DNA of 64,000 nt from an uncultured Desulfospira sp. (GCA_963663165.1 OY760175.1:256001-320000), one strand, 5' to 3'. Shown: positions 9,542 through 19,640, counted from the first letter of the stretch. Program-made: numbers and translations. Notes: a model not told the origin generated them from the sequence alone.

Positions 9542-9910
9542 ATGAAATTTAGAATATGCCTGATGGGCTTGATTCTTCTGGTGATGGGATTTGGGATGGC
9601 TCAGCCGGGCCACGCACAGGGGGTTAAAGAGCGGATGAAAGAACGGCTGCCGGTGATTGCCGATCTTAAGGCCAGAGGGGTTATCGGCGAGAGCCATGAC
9701 GGGTATCTGGCTTTTGTGGGAAAGCAAAAAGAAAATCAAGACGTGGTCAGCAGTGAAAACAAGGACCGCAAAGCCGTTTATACAAAAATGGCCCAACAGC
9801 AGAAAACTACGTTGGACCTGGTTGAGAAGCGGGCGGGGGCCAATCTTGCCAAAAGGGCAAAGCCCGGAGAGTTTGTTCAAAAACCCGGTGGGGAATGGAT
9901 TAAAAAATAA
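9542..9910 (+). CDS. ydbL: YdbL family (DUF1318) periplasmic protein
   Basis: Signal peptide; LKARGVIGESHDGYL, ENKDRKAVY, GEFVQKPGGEW. Confidence 0.88.
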   Translation: MKFRICLMGLILLVMGFGMAQPGHAQGVKERMKERLPVIADLKARGVIGESHDGYLAFVGKQKENQDVVSSENKDRKAVYTKMAQQQKTTLDLVEKRAGANLAKRAKPGEFVQKPGGEWIKK

Positions 9911-9928
9911 AGTCCGCCGGAATCCGGG

Positions 9929-10351
9929 CTATAAGGTAACGAAACGGTTCAGTTCCTTGAGTATGGTAAAATAAATATCCTCATCGCTACCGTAGATATC
10001 AATCACATCTTTGTGGTTGATCAGTTTTTCAACAATAAATGCGGTCAGATACAGGCAGGCAATGTTCGGGCTTGATACCAGTGACCTGAACGGCGCAATC
10101 ATGTAATCCACATCAAAATCCTCGGCTTTGATCAGGTCGTCCAGGCACCGGACAATCTGGTTTTCAATGCTGGATTTGCTTACGGTTTCGATAAGGCCGG
10201 TTTCAATGAGTTTCATGCACACCTTGTTGCTGAAATCATCAATGTTGTCCCGGATGGCGCGGATGGTTTTAACTCGTTCCCTTTCTTTTGAAGATTCAAT
10301 TTTGGAAAGAAGTTTGGATTCCCTGTTTCCGGTATAAAACATTTTGGCCAT
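9929..10351 (-). CDS. Hypothetical protein (140 aa)
   Basis: Clean ORF with AAGGA RBS and protein-like composition; no family recognised. Confidence 0.75.
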   Translation of the reverse strand: MAKMFYTGNRESKLLSKIESSKERERVKTIRAIRDNIDDFSNKVCMKLIETGLIETVSKSSIENQIVRCLDDLIKAEDFDVDYMIAPFRSLVSSPNIACLYLTAFIVEKLINHKDVIDIYGSDEDIYFTILKELNRFVTL

Positions 10352-10369
10352 GAATTTATCCTTAATATG

Positions 10370-10419
10370 CCGTCACGGACAGCCCTTAATACCAGGGGTG
10401 GTCCACAACAAAATTAAAA
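10370..10419 (-). repeat. Degenerate partial copy of the 90-bp double-hairpin repeat
   Basis: CCGTCACGGAC...GTCCACAACAAA matches the reverse complement of blocks within 28840-28887. Confidence 0.5.
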
Positions 10420-10525
10420 CTGATGCCTCAAGGGTTTCCCCTTTAATTTTCTTCTCAACACTAATCCATTATAATATGCCATATAAAATTCACGCGCAAG
10501 CTAAAATAATGGGCATCACAGGGAA

Positions 10526-12244
10526 TCAGGAATTCATATCTTCCACAATCAGCTGAATCGAGTCCGGCCGGAATTTATTGAGCTTGAGCCTGAAGGCCAG
10601 AAAACTGTAGAAATCGGGCAGGTCGTTGATATTGTCAACGTTAAAGTGAAAGGCTTCAATAGAGGGGCTGTTGTCATGGGATGCCGCATCTTTTAACACC
10701 ATTCTCCGGTGCAGGCCGCCAAGGATGTGAGATGAGACCACTTTAAGGTTCCGGCACAGAAAAACAGGTTCCGGATTAGATGTGCCAAAGGGGCGGAAAA
10801 GGTCAATCTGCTTTGCCAGGGACAGATCCATGTCATTGAATTCGAGCTCGGCATCAATGGTCAGCCGTTTTTGAAAATCTTTTTTGGTGTAATGGGTGTT
10901 AAAATGGTCGCTGAGCCCCGACCAAAGCGCTGACAGTCTTTTTTCGGTTAAGGTCAGGCCCGATGCCAGGGCATGGCCCCCGAATTTTTCCAGCAAATGA
11001 GCGTTTTCAGCCAGGGCATTGTAGATATTGATCTGATTAATGCTCCGGCATGATCCCACCAACAGGTCGTCCACACAGGATAGAAGCACCACCGGGCAGG
11101 CGTGTTTCCGGGCCAGCTTTGAGGCGGCAATTCCCAGGACCCCGGGATTCCATCCCGGATCATGGAGGAACAGGAGTCTTTCGGAAATCAGGGACGGGTC
11201 TTTGAAGATCCGTTCTTCAATATCCAGAACAATCTGTTTTTCAACGGCCTGGCGTTTCCGGTTAAGCTCATCGAGCAGCATGGCGGTCTGCTCAGCCTCA
11301 GCATGGTGCTTACAGGTCAGCAGGGAAACACAGATCCTGGCATGGGAAATCCGGCCGGCCGCGTTGAGCCTTGGAATAATTTTAAAGGACACATCATCGG
11401 AGTCCAGCCGCCCGGCATCCAGACGGGCGGCCCTGAGCAGGGCGGCAAGCCCGGGCCGTAAGTTCTTGCGCATCTGCCGGATCCCGGCGGCACACAGCTG
11501 CCGGTTTTCCCGGATCAGGGGGACCATGTCCCCGATAGTGCCCATGGCAAACAAATCCAGAAGCGGGGCAAGGGAGGGTTCCCCAAGGGTTTCCCACATC
11601 CCGTTTTTCCGGAAAAATTTTCGAAGGGCCATGGCCAGATACAGGGCAACCCCCACCCCGGCCAGATAATCCAGTCCCGAAGGGCAGTCCTTTTGTTTGG
11701 GATCAATCAGGGCTAAGGCCGGCGGCAGTTCTTCGCCGGGTTCATGGTGGTCCGTGACAATGACATCAATGTCTTCTTTGGCCGCGGCATTCACGGCATC
11801 AATGGAAGAAATACCGCAGTCCACGGTGATGATCAGGTCTACATCCATGTCTGCTGCCATGGCGGCATGGCCCTGGTTCATACCGTATCCTTCCTTGATC
11901 CGGTGGGGGATGTACCAGGTAAGATCTGCGTCCACCCGGGACAAAAAATCCAGCAGCAGGGATGTGGCCGTGATGCCATCGGCATCAAAGTCGCCGAAAA
12001 TCATGATCTTTTCATGGTTGATCACGGCCGTATAAATCCGTTCTACAGCCTTGCCCATGTCCTTGAGGGTAAACGGATCAGACAGGCCGTTTAAATCCGG
12101 TTCTAAAAAGGCGCGGGCTTCGTGAGACGTGGTAATCCCGCGCCGGACCAGCAATCCGGCAATAACCGGATGACAGGCAAGTTCATCTGAAAGCCGGGCT
12201 GCCGTGTCCGGATTAAAATGGGGGTATGTCAGCAAGGGTTCCAT
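10526..12244 (-). CDS. recJ: Single-stranded-DNA-specific exonuclease RecJ
   Basis: GDFDADG, HRIKEGYG, ITVDCG, TDHH, PRLNAAGR, GGHA, RPFG..NPEP. Confidence 0.96.
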   Translation of the reverse strand: MEPLLTYPHFNPDTAARLSDELACHPVIAGLLVRRGITTSHEARAFLEPDLNGLSDPFTLKDMGKAVERIYTAVINHEKIMIFGDFDADGITATSLLLDFLSRVDADLTWYIPHRIKEGYGMNQGHAAMAADMDVDLIITVDCGISSIDAVNAAAKEDIDVIVTDHHEPGEELPPALALIDPKQKDCPSGLDYLAGVGVALYLAMALRKFFRKNGMWETLGEPSLAPLLDLFAMGTIGDMVPLIRENRQLCAAGIRQMRKNLRPGLAALLRAARLDAGRLDSDDVSFKIIPRLNAAGRISHARICVSLLTCKHHAEAEQTAMLLDELNRKRQAVEKQIVLDIEERIFKDPSLISERLLFLHDPGWNPGVLGIAASKLARKHACPVVLLSCVDDLLVGSCRSINQINIYNALAENAHLLEKFGGHALASGLTLTEKRLSALWSGLSDHFNTHYTKKDFQKRLTIDAELEFNDMDLSLAKQIDLFRPFGTSNPEPVFLCRNLKVVSSHILGGLHRRMVLKDAASHDNSPSIEAFHFNVDNINDLPDFYSFLAFRLKLNKFRPDSIQLIVEDMNS

Positions 12245-12367
12245 TCTGATTGGTGAAGAAATATATCTGCCGGGCCGGATAAAGTCAAAAAAATTGTTTG
12301 GGAATTCATTTTGTTAGATGGTATACTGCACAACTTGATTCTGTGCTAACCCCGGGATTTGAAGGAA

Positions 12368-12577
12368 ATGCAAACCATCATCAGGGAATACCAGGTGGAT
12401 AAAACCAGGATTGGTTTTATCAGATTTATATTAGAAGCGTATGAGGGCATTGCCGTTATGACCACCCTTGATCCGGTCAGGGGCCTGGTCCGGATAAGGA
12501 TGGCCCCGGGCTGCCAGGAAACCGTATTCCGGGTGATTGAAGATTTAAGAAAGGATATGGCGTTTAATGAGGTTTAA
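12368..12577 (+). CDS. DUF4911 family small protein
   Basis: IGFIRFILEAYEGIA..TTLD motif; overlaps the miaB start. Alternative TTG start at 12359. Confidence 0.8.
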   Translation: MQTIIREYQVDKTRIGFIRFILEAYEGIAVMTTLDPVRGLVRIRMAPGCQETVFRVIEDLRKDMAFNEV

Positions 12578-13952
12578 AGGCCTGGCATATGTCCATACCA
12601 TTGGCTGCCAGATGAATGTGTATGATTCGGAAAAACTTTGTGGGATTCTCATGGACAAGGGATTTGAGCCAACCCTGGACATGGACCGTGCCGATATTGT
12701 GGTCTGCAACACCTGCGCCATCCGCCACAAGGCCCAGGAAAAGGCTTTCAGCTTTTTAGGCCGGTTTGCCGCCGCCAAAAAGAAGCGGCCGTCCCTGATT
12801 ACAGTCATGTCCGGGTGTGTGGCCCAGCAGGAGGGAAAAAAGGCTTTTGAGCGGCTCCCTTTCCTGGACCTGGTTCTGGGAACCCAGGCCTTTGAACGGT
12901 TTTCAACCCATATTGACGCCATTCAATCCGGAAAAAAGAGGCTGGTCGATACAGGTCCTTCTGATGCCATTTTTGAGGCCATGCCCCATGAATCCGGCCT
13001 GACCCAGAATAAAATCTCCCGGTTTGTGACCATCATGCAGGGGTGCGATAATTATTGCACCTATTGTGTGGTTCCCTATGTCAGGGGCCGGGAACGAAGC
13101 CGGGACCCTGAACATATTGTCCGGGAAATAACGGCCCTTGCTGACGCAGGGGTCAAAGAGGTGACCCTCCTTGGCCAGAACGTCAACTCCTACGGCATCA
13201 AAGAAAAGGGCATCTCCTTTGCCGGGCTTTTAGAAAAGGTGGCTCAGGTTGAGGGGATCCGGCGGATCCGGTTTGCCACTTCCCATCCCAAGGATTTGTC
13301 CTCTGATCTGATCCATGCCATAAGGGATATCGATAAGGTCTGCAATCACCTTCATCTGCCGGTCCAGTCCGGTTCCGACCGGATTTTAAAGAAAATGAAC
13401 CGCAAGTATACCCGGCAGATATACATGTCAAGAATTCAGGCCTTAAGGGAGGCCTGCCCCGGGATTGCCCTGTCCACGGATATTATTGTGGGGTTCCCGT
13501 CTGAAACCCTAGACGATTTTAACGAGACCATGGCCCTGATCCGGGAAGTTGAATTTGACTCTATTTTTGCCTTTGCCTACTCAGACCGGTCCGTGGCACC
13601 CGCAGCCAAATTCCCGGACCAGGTCAGGGAAGACGAAAAAATGATCCGGCTCAACCGCCTTCTGGAGTTCCAGGAGACCATTACGGAAAAGAAAAATTAC
13701 CAGGAAACCGGAAAGGTCCTTTCGGTTTTGGTGGAAGGAAAAAGCGCCAAACTCCGGGATGGATTTGTCAAAGAAACCGAACAGACCTGTCAAATGTCCG
13801 GCCGCACCGAATCCAATAAAATCGTTCATTTCCCTTCTGAAACCGGTCAAATCGCAGATGAAGTAACCATAAAAATAGAAAAGGCATATCCCCATTCCTT
13901 ATGGGGATCCCCTGTTGGGAGAAACAGTGAAAATGAAGAAAAAAGCCGGTAA
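12567..13952 (+). CDS. miaB: tRNA-2-methylthio-N6-dimethylallyladenosine synthase (radical SAM methylthiotransferase)
   Basis: [46 protein letters not shown], and a C-terminal TRAM domain. Confidence 0.96.
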   Translation: MRFKGLAYVHTIGCQMNVYDSEKLCGILMDKGFEPTLDMDRADIVVCNTCAIRHKAQEKAFSFLGRFAAAKKKRPSLITVMSGCVAQQEGKKAFERLPFLDLVLGTQAFERFSTHIDAIQSGKKRLVDTGPSDAIFEAMPHESGLTQNKISRFVTIMQGCDNYCTYCVVPYVRGRERSRDPEHIVREITALADAGVKEVTLLGQNVNSYGIKEKGISFAGLLEKVAQVEGIRRIRFATSHPKDLSSDLIHAIRDIDKVCNHLHLPVQSGSDRILKKMNRKYTRQIYMSRIQALREACPGIALSTDIIVGFPSETLDDFNETMALIREVEFDSIFAFAYSDRSVAPAAKFPDQVREDEKMIRLNRLLEFQETITEKKNYQETGKVLSVLVEGKSAKLRDGFVKETEQTCQMSGRTESNKIVHFPSETGQIADEVTIKIEKAYPHSLWGSPVGRNSENEEKSR

Positions 13953-14814
13953 AATCGGTAGAAACGATCCTTGCCCCTGCGGGTCGGGCATAAAGTATAA
14001 AAACTGCTGCATGAATAAAACCAATGCCGTTACCTTAAGCCAGGAGTATAAACAGCGGTACGATATTATCCTGAAGACCCCGGAACAGGTGGAGGGCATT
14101 CGACAGTGCGGAGAACTTTTGCTGTCCATCATGGACGGGGTGGAAAAGATGATCAGGCCCGGGCTTAAAACCGAAGAGATCAACACCTATGTCCACGAAC
14201 AGACCATCAATGCCGGGGCTGTCCCGGCACCTTTGAACTACCGGGGATATCCCAAAAGTGTCTGTGTGTCTGTCAACGAAGTGATCTGCCATGGTATTCC
14301 GGGGGATCTTGAACTCAAAGACGGCGACATCGTCAATGTGGACATCACCCCCATCCTGAACGGCTATTACGCTGATGCCAACAAGACCTTTTTTGTGGGC
14401 ACGCCCACCCGGGACGGGGAAAAGGTTGTGGCCGTGGCCGCCGAGTCCTTAAAGCGGGGAATGGAAGTGGTGAGGCCAGGGGCCACCCTTGGCGATATCG
14501 GCCATGCCATCCAGTCCTATGCCGAAGGCCAGGGCTGTTCCGTGGTCAGGGAGTTTGTGGGCCACGGGGTTGGTCTTGATTTTCACGAGCAGCCCCAGGT
14601 CCTTCATTTCGGCTCACCGGGAAAGGGCCTGGTCCTGGTTCCGGGCATGGTGTTCACCATCGAACCCATGGTCAACCTGGGCAAGAAGGATCTTCACGTC
14701 CTGGAAGACCGGTGGACCGCCGTGACCGATGACGGGTCTTTATCGGCTCAGTTTGAACAGACCATCCTGGTCACTGAAACCGGGTACGAGAGCCTTACCC
14801 CTTATGAGTTATAG
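13933..14814 (+). CDS. map: Type I methionine aminopeptidase with N-terminal SEC-C motif
   Basis: [18 protein letters not shown], then [40 protein letters not shown]. Confidence 0.95.
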   Translation: MKKKAGKIGRNDPCPCGSGIKYKNCCMNKTNAVTLSQEYKQRYDIILKTPEQVEGIRQCGELLLSIMDGVEKMIRPGLKTEEINTYVHEQTINAGAVPAPLNYRGYPKSVCVSVNEVICHGIPGDLELKDGDIVNVDITPILNGYYADANKTFFVGTPTRDGEKVVAVAAESLKRGMEVVRPGATLGDIGHAIQSYAEGQGCSVVREFVGHGVGLDFHEQPQVLHFGSPGKGLVLVPGMVFTIEPMVNLGKKDLHVLEDRWTAVTDDGSLSAQFEQTILVTETGYESLTPYEL

Positions 14815-15556
14815 CGTTAACCTCTTTTTATCATTCTGCTATATCCTGTTTATCGGTATCAGTTCCGCTGTTTTGTTCTGCATCTCTTTGGTGATCTGGC
14901 TGACGACCGTCTGGTGTGACAAACGAAAAGTGATTCTCAACCTGTTTGCATCCTTCTGGGCGTGCCTTTATATCTGGCTGATGCCCCTCTGGTCCGTCAC
15001 CATCTCAGGCCGGGACAAAATGGACTTTCACAAGGGATATGTCCTGGTGTCCAATCACCAGTCACAGCTGGACATTCTGGTGCTTTACCGGCTGTTCTTT
15101 CCCTTTCGGTGGGTGTCCAAAGCCGAAGTGTTCCGACTTCCTTTTATCGGTTGGAACATGGTCTTAAACGGTTATATTAAATTAAAAAGGGGAAACAAGG
15201 AAAGTGTTGAAAAGATGATGCAGGACTGCCGGAACCTGCTGGCAAACAATATATCGGTGTTCTTTTTCCCCGAAGGAACCCGGTCTAAAACCGGTGTTTT
15301 AAGCCCGTTTAAGCCCGGGGCCTTTATCCTGGCCAAAGAGATGAAAATATCCATTCTTCCCGTTGCCATCAACCATACCAAAGATGCCCTCCCCAAACAT
15401 TCATTGCGGTTCCGGGGCCGGCACAGGATGTCGGTGACGGTGCTGGACGAAATTCCTTTTTCTGAGTTTGAAAACGAAGAAATTGAAGACCTGGCCGAAC
15501 GTGTCCGGTGCTTGATCGGCTCCCATGTGGCCGAACACCAGGCCGGTCAGATTTAA
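14804..15556 (+). CDS. plsC: 1-acyl-sn-glycerol-3-phosphate (lysophospholipid) acyltransferase
   Basis: SNHQSQLD (HX4D) and FFPEGTRS; start ATG 14804 overlaps the end of map. Confidence 0.9.
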   Translation: MSYSVNLFLSFCYILFIGISSAVLFCISLVIWLTTVWCDKRKVILNLFASFWACLYIWLMPLWSVTISGRDKMDFHKGYVLVSNHQSQLDILVLYRLFFPFRWVSKAEVFRLPFIGWNMVLNGYIKLKRGNKESVEKMMQDCRNLLANNISVFFFPEGTRSKTGVLSPFKPGAFILAKEMKISILPVAINHTKDALPKHSLRFRGRHRMSVTVLDEIPFSEFENEEIEDLAERVRCLIGSHVAEHQAGQI

Positions 15557-15631
15557 AAAATTCGCAACTGTTCAACACCTATTGAAGAAAAGCCAAAAAT
15601 CGGGGTTTGTAACTGTTTGATATGTGAGTAT

Positions 15632-15755
15632 CAATGTCATTAACTTAAGCGTTAATACAAGAAACTGGAAACAAGAGACAAGAGGGTGAAGCGCCGTTGG
15701 CGCCCATTTTATAACCCCTGCGCGCTATGCCAAATTTCTTAAGTTAATGGCATTG
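15632..15755. mobile_element. 124-bp MITE, copy 1
   Basis: 18-bp TIR CAATGTCATTAACTTAAG / CTTAAGTTAATGGCATTG (1 mismatch); flanked by the 10-bp direct repeat ATGTGAGTAT (15622-15631 and 15756-15765); near-identical copy at 46603-46726. Confidence 0.93.
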
Positions 15756-15861
15756 ATGTGAGTATGGATGATAAAGAATGGAAGACTTTGGACCAGAGAT
15801 TGCAACTTCCTCAGGGCCAGGCATCCCGGTCTGCTGTCTGAGGCGGTTCTGTAACCGGGTA

Positions 15862-15904
15862 GAAAAACATAAGCCCCTGGATACTTGCAGCATCCAGGGG
15901 CTTA
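15862..15904 (-). terminator. Rho-independent terminator of the csp gene
   Basis: Minus strand TAAGCCCCTGGATG-loop-TATCCAGGGGCTTA followed by TGTTTTTC, about 25 nt after the csp stop. Confidence 0.85.
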
Positions 15905-15928
15905 TTAATCTTTTGAAGAAACGAATTG

Positions 15929-16132
15929 CTAGATAACGGTTACATTTGAGGCAGACGGGCCTTTAGGCCCCTGTTCAATATCGAATGTTACCTGGTCCCC
16001 CTCGTTAAGCGATTTAAATCCTGTTGCGTTGATGCCGGAATGATGCACGAAAACATCTTTTCCGCCGCCTTCTACTTCGATAAAACCAAAACCTTTTGTT
16101 TCATTAAACCACTTTACGGTACCTTTTGCCAT
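15929..16132 (-). CDS. csp: Cold-shock protein (CspA family)
   Basis: [38 protein letters not shown]. Confidence 0.97.
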   Translation of the reverse strand: MAKGTVKWFNETKGFGFIEVEGGGKDVFVHHSGINATGFKSLNEGDQVTFDIEQGPKGPSASNVTVI

Positions 16133-16928
16133 GCGGACTTTCTCCTAAATAAAAATAATAAAAAATTCGCTTCGTACTTTGGGGGGTAATCATTGATTGT
16201 ACAGATATACACACCTTAAAGAGGAAACTACTGATGCACTAAAATGTTGCATTTGACACACTCTACAGGAAAAATTTAAAATGTCAAGAAATTTTAATCG
16301 TTTTGGCAGGGAAATCGCCTGTAAAATTGTTGCAAAATTTTCAGCCCGGAGAACGCTTTTGCCGATTTCGTGCATCAGGTTTCGCAAAAGGGTGGGCATG
16401 TAACCGTCGATCACCACTTCAAGCGTCCTGGTTTTCCGTGATTATGCCCGGGGTCTTATTCTTGAAGGCGGTACTGGATGGACAGGCCAAATTTGAAATA
16501 TGGTTCTCCCGGCCAAAAACTTAATTCCATTTGACCGGGCCGGCATTTTTTTTGCTTGCAATTCGATTTCAATCCTGTATGCTGAGTGGCAAATATTTAA
16601 GTAAAAAGCACATTCCCTGTGAGGACAAGATTTTACAGGCAGTCCTCGTTAATCAATTTGTTTTACGGTTAAAACATCTTAAATTATCGTTGAATTTATG
16701 CTGCTTGCTTCAAAGTGAAATACAGTATTGAAATTTAATTGATGATTTGTCTGTTTTTTAAATTCATTAACACAACCTCAAAAATCTAAGTACTTATTTT
16801 CACACTCGGTTTATTGTGTGTTCCAACGCCGGTCCGGCAAAGTGGTTGTGAAACGTGTGCTTATGTGCGGTGACCTTGATGGGTATGGCGTCTCTTATCG
16901 AAAATTCATTTAGAAAAGGGAGGAATGT

Positions 16929-17096
16929 GTGGCCCGTAACGAGTATACATTTAAAAAAAGGCAGAAAGAGTTAGCAAAGAAAAAGAAAAAAGAAGAAAAA
17001 ATGAAACAAAAGTTAAATAAACGGAAAAATTTTTCTGAAATAGAGGCTGAGCCGGCGGAAGTATTTCCGGGTATTGGTTTGCCGGATCAGGATTAG
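16929..17096 (+). CDS. Small lysine-rich protein (55 aa), absent from the ORF track
   Basis: GGGAGGA RBS, GTG start, translation MARNEYTFKKRQKELAKKKKKEEKMKQKLNKRKNFSEIEAEPAEVFPGIGLPDQD*. Confidence 0.7.
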   Translation: MARNEYTFKKRQKELAKKKKKEEKMKQKLNKRKNFSEIEAEPAEVFPGIGLPDQD

Positions 17097-17169
17097 GCCG
17101 TTTGATGGCCAATGGGATTGAGATTTATTTGCGTTAACAACTTGTAACTGTATTAGAAAGGACGTGCCT

Positions 17170-17352
17170 ATGCCCGTGAAAAAAAATTTAGATCATGTTT
17201 GCAGTAAAAAAGAATTAATGAAAATTATAGAAAAGATGGATATGGACCGGTTTCAAAACCGGTCTTTCGAAGACCAGACCGAAAGGCGGGGGAGAAAATT
17301 GATCAGAAAACCCTCTATCGGCACTACAAATCCAATGAAAGACAGAATGTGA
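17170..17352 (+). CDS. Small hypothetical basic protein (60 aa)
   Basis: GAAAGGA RBS 7 nt before the ATG; follows the lysine-rich ORF. Confidence 0.5.
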   Translation: MPVKKNLDHVCSKKELMKIIEKMDMDRFQNRSFEDQTERRGRKLIRKPSIGTTNPMKDRM

Positions 17353-17395
17353 TATGTCATGTTTTAGAAACAACGGGGTTTAAGAGGTTTTTTAT

Positions 17396-17457
17396 AAGAA
17401 ACTGGAGACAAGAAACAAGAGACAAGAGGGCGAAGCACCTGCGGTGCCCAATTTATA
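17396..17457. repeat. Free-standing homolog of the MITE internal segment (heptamers + hairpin, no TIRs)
   Basis: AAGAAAC TGGAGAC AAGAAAC AAGAGAC AAGAGGG CGAAGCACC-TGC-GGTGC CCAATTTATA versus the MITE's AAGAAAC TGGAAAC AAGAGAC AAGAGGG TGAAGCGCC-GTT-GGCGC CCATTTTATA. Confidence 0.8.
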
Positions 17458-17481
17458 GACTACCGTTGCCGGTATCTTCAG

Positions 17482-17599
17482 TTTCATTATTCGTTGTGGG
17501 CTTGTGGCCCATGGCAGTTATATGAAAGTCTCACTAACGTCCTGAGAAGACTTTCAATATTTGTTGTGGGCGGTTCTTGGCAGGATAACTCAGGCGGGC
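17482..17599 (+). repeat. 90-bp double-hairpin repeat (one unit preceded by a partial unit)
   Basis: 17518-17569 is identical to 28798-28849 (52 bp); 17482-17517 resembles the tail of another unit. Confidence 0.88.
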
Positions 17600-17744
17600 A
17601 AGGTTTCTGCCCTGTATAGGGGGATGGCCGGTATAAAAAAATGTGCATATACTGCCAAGACCTTGCCGTTTACTTAAATTCAGGCTTCTCTGGCCGACAT
17701 TCCTGGCCGCGGTTTTAAAAATCAAAATTATTTCATCCGGTGCC

Positions 17745-17773
17745 TTGACTTTGAATTTTCTCGGATTTATGAT
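17745..17773 (+). promoter_or_regulatory. Sigma70-type promoter of marR-MFS
   Basis: TTGACT-17 bp-TATGAT, about 40 nt upstream of the marR ATG. Confidence 0.7.
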
Positions 17774-17800
17774 TGACTAATCAATAATTGATAAGTCAAT
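17772..17800. promoter_or_regulatory. Probable MarR operator (double palindrome)
   Basis: ATTGACTAATCAAT-A-ATTGATAAGTCAAT: the two halves are inverted (13/14) and each half is itself near-palindromic; overlaps the -10 box and likely start site. Confidence 0.75.
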
Positions 17801-17812
17801 AAAGGAAAGTCA

Positions 17813-18265
17813 ATGCCTCAAACATATAACCCATCCCTTGGGCGAAGGTTCGGACTGCTGTTCCGGCTGAACACCCATTTTTTAAACCACCGGCTGAAAT
17901 CCTTTGGGATCAGTGCGGGGCAGGTGTCCTGTCTGGCCGAACTGCTTCATAATAAGGTTCCCGTTACCCAGGAGGAAATTTCTTCCACCCTTGCCGTTGA
18001 CCCGGCGGCAACGGCAAGGACCGTGAACCTTTTGATCAAAAAAGGGTTGGCCGCCCGGGTGGTGAATCCTGAAAACCGCCGGCAAAAGCTTGTCTCAGCC
18101 ACCTTGGCCGCAAGACAGATGGAAAAAGATTTTTTTTATACCTTAAAGGACATTGAAAAGAATTTTAATGAAGACCTGACCGTGCAAGAACACCGGATCC
18201 TGTTAGACTTCATGGACCGGATGATCTCCACTGCAAAAAGGAGAAAACATGAATCAGCCCGATAG
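17813..18265 (+). CDS. MarR family transcriptional regulator
   Basis: TQEEIS..LAVDPAATARTVNLLIKKGL..R..NPENRRQKLV winged HTH. Confidence 0.92.
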   Translation: MPQTYNPSLGRRFGLLFRLNTHFLNHRLKSFGISAGQVSCLAELLHNKVPVTQEEISSTLAVDPAATARTVNLLIKKGLAARVVNPENRRQKLVSATLAARQMEKDFFYTLKDIEKNFNEDLTVQEHRILLDFMDRMISTAKRRKHESAR

Positions 18266-19640
18266 CCGGCAGCCCGGTACCACATCTCCCGGGGCGACCT
18301 TGCTCGTGGTCTCTGTTGTCCAGTTTCTGGCACCGTTTATGATGTCGGCGGTGGGGGTTGCCCTTCCCACCATCGGAAGTTTCTACAATGCCAGTGCCGT
18401 GAGCTTGGGGCTCGTGGAGCTGGTCTATATTCTGGGGGTAACCCTTTTTTTGCTGCCCGTTGGCCGGTATGCCGATATTGTGGGCAGGAAAAAAATATTT
18501 GTCACCGGGGTGGCCTCATTTTTGGTTGCCACGGCCATCCTGCCCTTTGCCCCCACCATTGAAATTTTTATTGCCATAAGATTTTTTCAAGGCGTCGGGG
18601 CCTCCTGCAACACGGCCACCTCCATTGCGATTTTGTCTGCGGTTTTCCCCAAGGAACGGCGGGGCAGGGCCATGGGGGTGATTGTGGCCTGTGTTTATTT
18701 AGGGCTGTCTGCGGGCCCGTCTCTGGCCGGACTGCTCATCACCTATGCGGGATGGCAGTGGATTTTTTTCGTGGCGGTGTTTCTTGCCCTGATGGCCTTA
18801 ATCTTGACCGTCACCCGCCTTAAAAGTGAATGGAAAGGCGCTCAAGGACAAACCTTTGACCGCATGGGCAGCATCATTTATATTATTTCCCTGTTTTGCG
18901 TGATCATGGGGGTTTCCCATTTAAAGGAGGGGGCCTGGCCCGTTGTGGTCGGGGGGGCGGGGCTGGCCGGCCTGGCCGGCTTTGCCGTTTTTGAATACCG
19001 GAACCGGTCCCCCATTCTGGATGTCCGGCTCCTTTTAGGCAACCGGGTCCTGGCCTTCAGCAACATAGCCACATGGATCAATTATGCCGCCTCATTCGGT
19101 GTGACGTTTTTCTTTTCATTGTATCTTCAGGTGGTCAAAGGGATGCCCCCCCAGAACGCAGGGGTGCTTCTTGTGGTTCAGCCGCTGATTCAGGCGTGCC
19201 TTGCGCCGGTTTCCGGCATATTAGCTGATAAATATTCGCCGTCCATTCTGGCCACCTTGGGCATGGCCGTCTGTGCCGCAGGCTTGGGGCTTGCCGCCTT
19301 TATCGGACAAAACTCCCCTGTGGCCCATGTGGTCGTAGTCCTGATGGTCATGGGGGTGGGATTTGCCATGTTTTCCACACCCAATATGGCCACCATCATG
19401 GGGTCGGTAGGGCCGGCCCACTACGGCATTGCATCCAGTCTTGCGGCCACCATGCGGTCTGCCGGGATGCTGTCAACAACCGCCATTATTACCCTGTTAT
19501 TGAGTATCTATATGGGGGATGCCCCGGTTTCGGTCGATACCATCCCCGGATTCTTGGGCACCATGCACACAGGGTTTGTGGTGTTTGCCCTGTTTAGCCT
19601 GGTGGGGATACTGTTCTCCCTGGTCCGGGTCCGGAACTAA
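18249..19640 (+). CDS. MFS efflux transporter (DHA2-like, about 14 TM)
   Basis: GRYADIVGRKK motif A, RFFQGVG, FPKERRGRAMG; overlaps marR. Confidence 0.92.
   Translation: MNQPDSRQPGTTSPGATLLVVSVVQFLAPFMMSAVGVALPTIGSFYNASAVSLGLVELVYILGVTLFLLPVGRYADIVGRKKIFVTGVASFLVATAILPFAPTIEIFIAIRFFQGVGASCNTATSIAILSAVFPKERRGRAMGVIVACVYLGLSAGPSLAGLLITYAGWQWIFFVAVFLALMALILTVTRLKSEWKGAQGQTFDRMGSIIYIISLFCVIMGVSHLKEGAWPVVVGGAGLAGLAGFAVFEYRNRSPILDVRLLLGNRVLAFSNIATWINYAASFGVTFFFSLYLQVVKGMPPQNAGVLLVVQPLIQACLAPVSGILADKYSPSILATLGMAVCAAGLGLAAFIGQNSPVAHVVVVLMVMGVGFAMFSTPNMATIMGSVGPAHYGIASSLAATMRSAGMLSTTAIITLLLSIYMGDAPVSVDTIPGFLGTMHTGFVVFALFSLVGILFSLVRVRN

Noticed and set aside
13933..14010. SEC-C zinc motif fused to methionine aminopeptidase as a novelty
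   Set aside because: A known architecture in several anaerobic lineages; recorded as a feature only.
16190..16900. ORF-track ORFs and a possible sRNA in the long csp upstream region
   Set aside because: The ORFs lack RBS and protein-like composition. A hairpin plus T-run near 16508-16553 is suggestive, but no RNA family could be recognised.
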